Part shown: piece by piece, positions 10,220-14,943 of the stretch | Numbering within the stretch: the stretch's first letter is position 1 | How the letters are laid out: each line of letters opens with the position of its first letter | Assembly (NCBI GenBank): GCA_043228905.1 | Contig: JBHGNT010000826.1 | Location: forward strand, 1 to 14,943 | From: Azolla caroliniana | Taxonomy: Eukaryota; Plantae; Polypodiophyta | Direction of reading: 5' to 3' | Length of the DNA stretch: 14,943 bases | Notes under the pieces: generated by a model | The model's database searches: none | What the model saw: the letters and a program-made list of their open reading frames with translations, nothing else | What the model was told of the DNA's origin: nothing | Translations under genes and position numbers: made by a program

Positions 10220-10622
10220 ATGAGTTACACGCAACAAATACATGAGGCTGGGCAAAGATTCTTCGACAGAATGATGGCACAGGAAACACGAGAGGTTTGG
10301 TACAGGTTCTTTGATCTGGATGAAAGTGGAGCTTCTAAACAAGTATGGATGCATGAACAGAGGAGCTGCTGTACATGATAGGGTTAGACTGCTGTTTCAC
10401 TTGGTGGACAAAGACGGAAACATCTTCCTTGACTTCGACGAGTGCAAGGCACTCTTCTTTTTGTTCGCCTACAGACGTGTTTGCAATTTATGCAGGGGGC
10501 TGATCATTCGTGATGATGCCTCTTGCCTTGACTGCTTTTCCATCTATTTCAACCTTTGAGGTTCCTGTCTTCATCATAACCACCACCACTTTCAAGCCCT
10601 TCCATCATTTCTATTTGGATGA
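10220..10622 (+). pseudogene. Disabled two-EF-hand + ZZ-like zinc-finger gene nested antisense in ESF1 intron 1
   Basis: MSYTQQIHEAGQRFF...FFDLDESG (truncated EF loop), frameshift near 10329, then ...LFHLVDKDGNIFLDFDECKALFF (EF-hand), CNLC, CLDC, FNL*GSC, HHNHHHF; TGA 10557-10559 sits at an expected Cys. Confidence 0.75.
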
Positions 10623-11339
10623 TCTTGTGTGTATGCCATAGCTAACAACAGGACAATGAATAAGCCTCATGCTAAATCCCAATGCTCTCCTCCTTTAGGC
10701 TGAAGCAACTTGTAGCCCCCCAATCACCAATCTACAATAAATAACTTTGCACAACTTCATTCACATAGACTTGGATTTGTTTTTAGGAACGAATAGATTT
10801 CAATCATACTTGGAGCCATTTCACGTATGAGTATGATACGAATATTCACGTATGAATCATACTTGGAGCCATTTCAATCATACAGTACGAATATGGCACA
10901 AATGGGAAGTATGGCTAGAACTATGCCTCTAATGCAGAACTGTACACGAACTTGGATTTCATACAGCTCCCAAGAGGGAGGGGTTCGGCCAGATCTGTCC
11001 ACATCTCTTTGTTCCATGCAACTATTATTATTATATATCTGTGAGGGCAATAAACTAAAGAGGCTTGTTCCGAACTATCATTTAATAGGTAAAAATTAAT
11101 ATTAGGTTTGTCTATTACACCATTCATAATCAACTTGTAATCCAGTTGATTTTGTGATTTGCCCCAAAGGGGTAATAGTGGCATAGGCAAATTCAAAACA
11201 GAAATCAATACTCTGTTGATTCAGAGGAATTCAGAAACGGAATTGTATATTTACTGGAATAGTGGGAAAATACAAAGATTACAGGTAGCATTCCTACAGA
11301 TGTGGTATGTGATACTTACATCAATTTAAGAATTATGTC

Positions 11340-11935
11340 ATCATTCAAAATGTCATTGTGTAATTATTGAAAATGGAATCATGTGATAATGTGAAAATGA
11401 ATTGTGTATTTATTGAAAATGGAATACCTGGAAAATACATAATGAAATTATGTAAATATAAAAATCCTAAGCAGATAAACATAGAAACCAGAAAACTACA
11501 CCAACAACCAAAAGATAATTACACAAACAATGAAAATGGAGTAATATGAACAATAAGGATGGAACCTTGTCATCAATGAGCATTCAAATGGAAAAATGCC
11601 AAAACATGCAATTTGAATCATGTTTGAACATTCTAAATGAAGCTATATCGAAATTCAGAATGGAATGTAGTGATTCAAAATGGAATCATGTGAAAATACA
11701 CATTGGGATCACATTTAAAATTCAAAATGGGACAAATGCCAAAGCATTCAACTGGAATTACATATGAAAATTCTAAATGGAACTATATAGAAAATCAGAA
11801 TGAAATTATGTAGCAATTTGAAACAGATAACATTCAAAATGGAGTCATATGAAAATACACTACAGGATCACAGTAAACATACAGAATGGAATTCATAGAA
11901 AATTTATTTCAAAACCTGGAATATATAGAAATACA
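11340..11935. repeat. Degenerate ~20-22-bp AT-rich minisatellite (a/cattcaaaatggaat...) with higher-order duplication, ESF1 intron 1
   Basis: Recurrent attca(a/g)aatgga units; blocks at about 11580 and 11719, and at about 11672 and 11831, align with each other. Confidence 0.75.
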
Positions 11936-12014
11936 ATATGGTATTATGCACGCAATATATCTTCAATTCCATTTCATATCAGACAATATCACAGAAGAGG
12001 CAAAAGGTACTTAC

Positions 12015-12836
12015 ATCACTTGATGAATTCATCATTTCTTCTTCTTCACTGTCGGATTCTGATGAGGAAGACAATGCTGAACTTGATTCCGAGATTTCTT
12101 CAGACTGCATATCATCAAGTATTGATCCCTCAGATTCTTCTTCATCTGAATCACTCTCATTATATTTCCTGTCCTCAGTCATAGATATTTTCTGATCCAA
12201 AGATATGCCACTGGTGGTATCTCTTAGCTTATCCATAGAGGATGAAATGGAATGATTCTCTTTCATGTTTTTATCGATAATGAAACCATTTTCTTTTGGT
12301 TTCCTCTCAGAGAAAAAGTCACTTGGCTTTGGCGACTTCCTCTCCACAAAAGAAGAATTTTGATCTCCTTTACTCGATGAACATGAATCATTTTCCTTCG
12401 GTTTCCTATCTGGAAACACATTCCCCTTTGATTTCTTTACAGAAAATAAGGAATTTCCTCCCGAAGCTAAAGCATCTCCTCGTTTCTCACCTGATATTTC
12501 TCTATCGTCACATTGAGGAATCTGTTTATCTACATCTCTATTTTCTTTATGTTCTCCATGTTCTCTATCTTCACAGTCATAATACTCCTGTAAAGCATGC
12601 TTCCGCTTCTTCCCGTTTCCACCGTTTCCCTGTCGAAGCTTCTTGCCTCGCTTGTCGAGAGAGAGAGGGTCGGAGAAACGTTTGTCAGAGAAGATATGGC
12701 TGAACCGGGAATCGATGGGGATCTTAAGCTTCCGTTTGAAAGATCGCTGGAAGCGAGGATCAGAGTGAAGGCGAAGGAAGCGGGGGTCCTTCACCAGTCC
12801 AGAGACTTCCAGAGACTTTTGCTTCGAAAGCTTCAT
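12015..12836 (-). CDS. ESF1: Pre-rRNA-processing protein ESF1, exon 1 of 7
   Basis: cgccATG start; N-terminal DPRF..DPRF..IDSRF..DKRG motifs typical of ESF1, then a charged/S-D-E-rich linker; donor GAT|gtaagt; 822 nt, phase 0. Confidence 0.92.
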
Positions 12837-12878
12837 GGCGATGGATCGATGTGCGGATGCGTCCCGTTCTGCAGAGGT

Positions 12879-12897
12879 AGAGAGAGAGAGAGAGAGA
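12879..12897. repeat. (GA)n/(CT)n microsatellite in the ESF1 5' region
   Basis: agagagagagagagagaga directly adjacent to the telo-box; CT on the ESF1 sense strand. Confidence 0.9.
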
Positions 12898-12899
12898 AA

Positions 12900-12912
12900 G
12901 GGTTTAGGGTTT
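12900..12912 (-). promoter_or_regulatory. Telo-box (AAACCCTAAACCC) upstream of ESF1
   Basis: Plus strand gggtttagggttt, about 65 nt upstream of the ESF1 ATG; telo-boxes are characteristic of plant ribosome-biogenesis/translation genes. Confidence 0.75.
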
Positions 12913-12933
12913 GGAGTGTCGGGGATGGAGATA

Positions 12934-13030
12934 GAGGAGAATTTCCTAATTCCAAAATATACCCTTATGTGTGTGGAGGAGAATTTCCTAATTCCAAAAT
13001 ATACCCCTCTATGTGTGTGTGTGTGTGTGT
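12934..13030. repeat. 42-bp tandem duplication ending in a (TG)n microsatellite
   Basis: gaggagaatttcctaattccaaaatataccc at 12934 and 12976; each copy is followed by a TG run (short, then expanded at about 13012-13030). Confidence 0.9.
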
Positions 13031-14407
13031 ATGGGTTGGGGGAGAATTCTTGTCGAGTTCCTTATATTCTTACTTGTAGAGGAGAGAAGGTGCATTGCCA
13101 TGCCACTTTCTAAGGTAGAGAGGTGTATTTTGGTGACAATCATATGTTAATTAATGCGTGTTGAAAAGGTATTTAGGAGCGAACAAGTTATAGAAAAATA
13201 ATGTTGGTGGTAAAATGTATGTGGATCTCGAGAACTGTTGTCTGAACAAATTGGAGTTAATTATACATTATGGAAGCTGAATTATATAGCAATCGAGAGA
13301 ACACTCGAGTAAAATTTATTCCTTTCATGAACCTAACAGCATGCAAGATATAACGAGTTTGAAAGTAACATGTGATTCAAGGAAGACACACCTCTCGTCA
13401 ATGGGTTCTTGATTTTTTACATTTTCTAATGCCATCATAAGGCATTGTTTATTGTGATTGGACAAAGTCTTCATTGGATATTCACTTCATTATGCAAACA
13501 TCTTAGCACCCATATGTATGCAACATAATCCGAGGCAAAGAAATCTTCGTTCCTGTGTGCTATTTGCAAGCTATTCATTTACTTCACTTTGCTATGATTG
13601 ACATGATGTAAATACATTCAACTAGCTAAGTTGAAGGTTTCCTTATTTGTGCTTTGAAAAGCCCAAGGTAATCTCAAAGAAGTGTATAAGCAAAGCCATA
13701 TAACCAAATCATAAGAAAAGGATAAGCCATGGATCCTAGAATATGATTAATCTTTCACGTTGGAAGTGACGAAGTGGGAGTTAATGTTAGTTTTAATGTA
13801 TACACGCATCATCATCACACATTTCCCACGCAACAATTACTAGCCATTTTAACTCTATGATGTTCATAGACATTACCATAATGGGCAAGGTTTTGTCATG
13901 TCTTCGGTGATCATTTTATATTTTAAAACATTTGATTCAAGATCCTTGAGAGTCATACGATCCTATAATATCAATGCCATCTCTCAAAACAATGAAACAT
14001 TTTCTATTGACTATACAAAGGATGGTGGCAAAAATTCACTTTGATTTTCATTTGAGCAAGTAATGGAAAGCATTTTGTGTAAACATAAAACTCACAGCTT
14101 AGAAATGTCATACTCATATCTTGAGGCATAATATAACATATTATATTACTCTAAAAATTTAAAATGTTTTGTTTACACACTTGATTTGAACTCATTTGAT
14201 GTTTTATGCCATCAACTTTCATTCACTCATGACTCATGAGCTGTATTTCATATATAACTTCAGCTAGTAGAGTTCAGCACATTCACTAAATTGACTTGAG
14301 TTCAACACATAGAAAATTCGCCACGCTAGGGTTTCCATGTTTCTTTTTTGTTATATTCATCATTTCATTGAATTAGGTCAATTCAACTCATTGCTTCTTT
14401 ATACAGC

Positions 14408-14536
14408 TCATTTTGTGTTAACCCATCCTTTGTCAGCTTGAAACCTTACAAACTCTGCAAGTGATCGTATATCGTTGTCACTGAGACGTGGTCCGAACGT
14501 GCATTGGCCTCTTGGTGTACATTGTTCCCCAAACCC
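14408..14536 (-). CDS. petJ: Cytochrome c6A (plant chloroplast cytochrome c6 homologue), last coding exon
   Basis: tttgtttgcag|GGG; GFGEQCTPRGQCTFGPRLSDNDIRSLAEFVRFQADKGWVNTK*; contains the c6A-specific two-cysteine loop insertion; lies in a different frame from the listed ORF 14446..14673. Confidence 0.95.
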   Translation of the reverse strand, partial: GFGEQCTPRGQCTFGPRLSDNDIRSLAEFVRFQADKGWVNTK

Positions 14537-14899
14537 CTGCAAACAAAACGACTTTCATCAACACCATAACTATATTTCTTTTCTTTTCTGATCAAAATAA
14601 CTGAATACAGCAAAATAGATTTAACATTGTGATTGATCATTGAACAGTCTAGGTTGCATTTCTTCATCAGCAAGAAAAAGCAAAAAGGCCAATGCTATAT
14701 GGACTTTTTCAGAAGGAAAAGAGGCCAAAAGCCCATGTCATATGCACTTTTTAATTAGCAGAAAAGCAAGAGAATTTGTATAGAGTATATGCCCTTTTCT
14801 CATTAGCAAGCAAAGGAGCCCATTGACTCAAAATGCAACCACACATTGGCAATAAACAAAAATGAACTCCACAAAAGCTGATTGAAGAAGTTACTTAAC

Positions 14900-14943
14900 A
14901 GGCATCCGTCCTTTCCCCGAGTATACGATCTTAAATATATCGT
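14900..14943 (-). CDS. petJ: Cytochrome c6A, penultimate exon (partial, runs off window)
   Basis: DIFKIVYSGKGRMP then gttaag donor; GKGRMP carries the Met heme axial ligand and joins GFG of the next exon in phase 0 (intron 14537-14899). Confidence 0.9.

Noticed and set aside
11367-11767. Two short + ORFs in ESF1 intron 1
   Set aside because: Translations of the AT-rich minisatellite with no protein features.
11849-13113. Several + strand ORFs (11849, 11938, 12296, 12597, 12835)
   Set aside because: Shadows of ESF1 exon 1 or read-through of GA/TG microsatellites and the 42-bp repeat.
13660-13665. Site II motif (TGGGCT) as partner of the telo-box
   Set aside because: A single hexamer about 750 nt away, expected by chance.
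14446-14673. 75-aa - strand ORF
   Set aside because: Wrong frame; it overlaps the real cytochrome c6A exon and intron.

Overview
Intron-rich land-plant nuclear DNA; the species cannot be determined from the sequence alone. Three spliced genes are supported. (1) The 3' part of a divergent SnRK2 Ser/Thr kinase on + (exons 749-853, 1188-1286, 1747-2118; an upstream donor is likely at 2/3). (2) A complete 7-exon pre-rRNA processing factor ESF1 on -, complement(join(5335-5521, 5732-6543, 7190-7318, 8527-8689, 9014-9237, 9328-9411, 12015-12836)), 2421 nt / 806 aa, with a telo-box and CT tract upstream. (3) The last two coding exons of chloroplast-targeted cytochrome c6A on - (14900->14943, 14408-14536), which the ORF track misses. 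Two hidden elements stand out. One is a disabled EF-hand + ZZ-type zinc-finger gene nested antisense in ESF1 intron 1 that still has intact-looking splice signals. The other is an unidentified signal-peptide gene relic between SnRK2 and ESF1. Non-coding DNA is dense with short (40-370 bp) local duplications. I see no convincing evidence of a wholly new biological system; the nested antisense locus and the atypical SnRK2 tail are the best leads.
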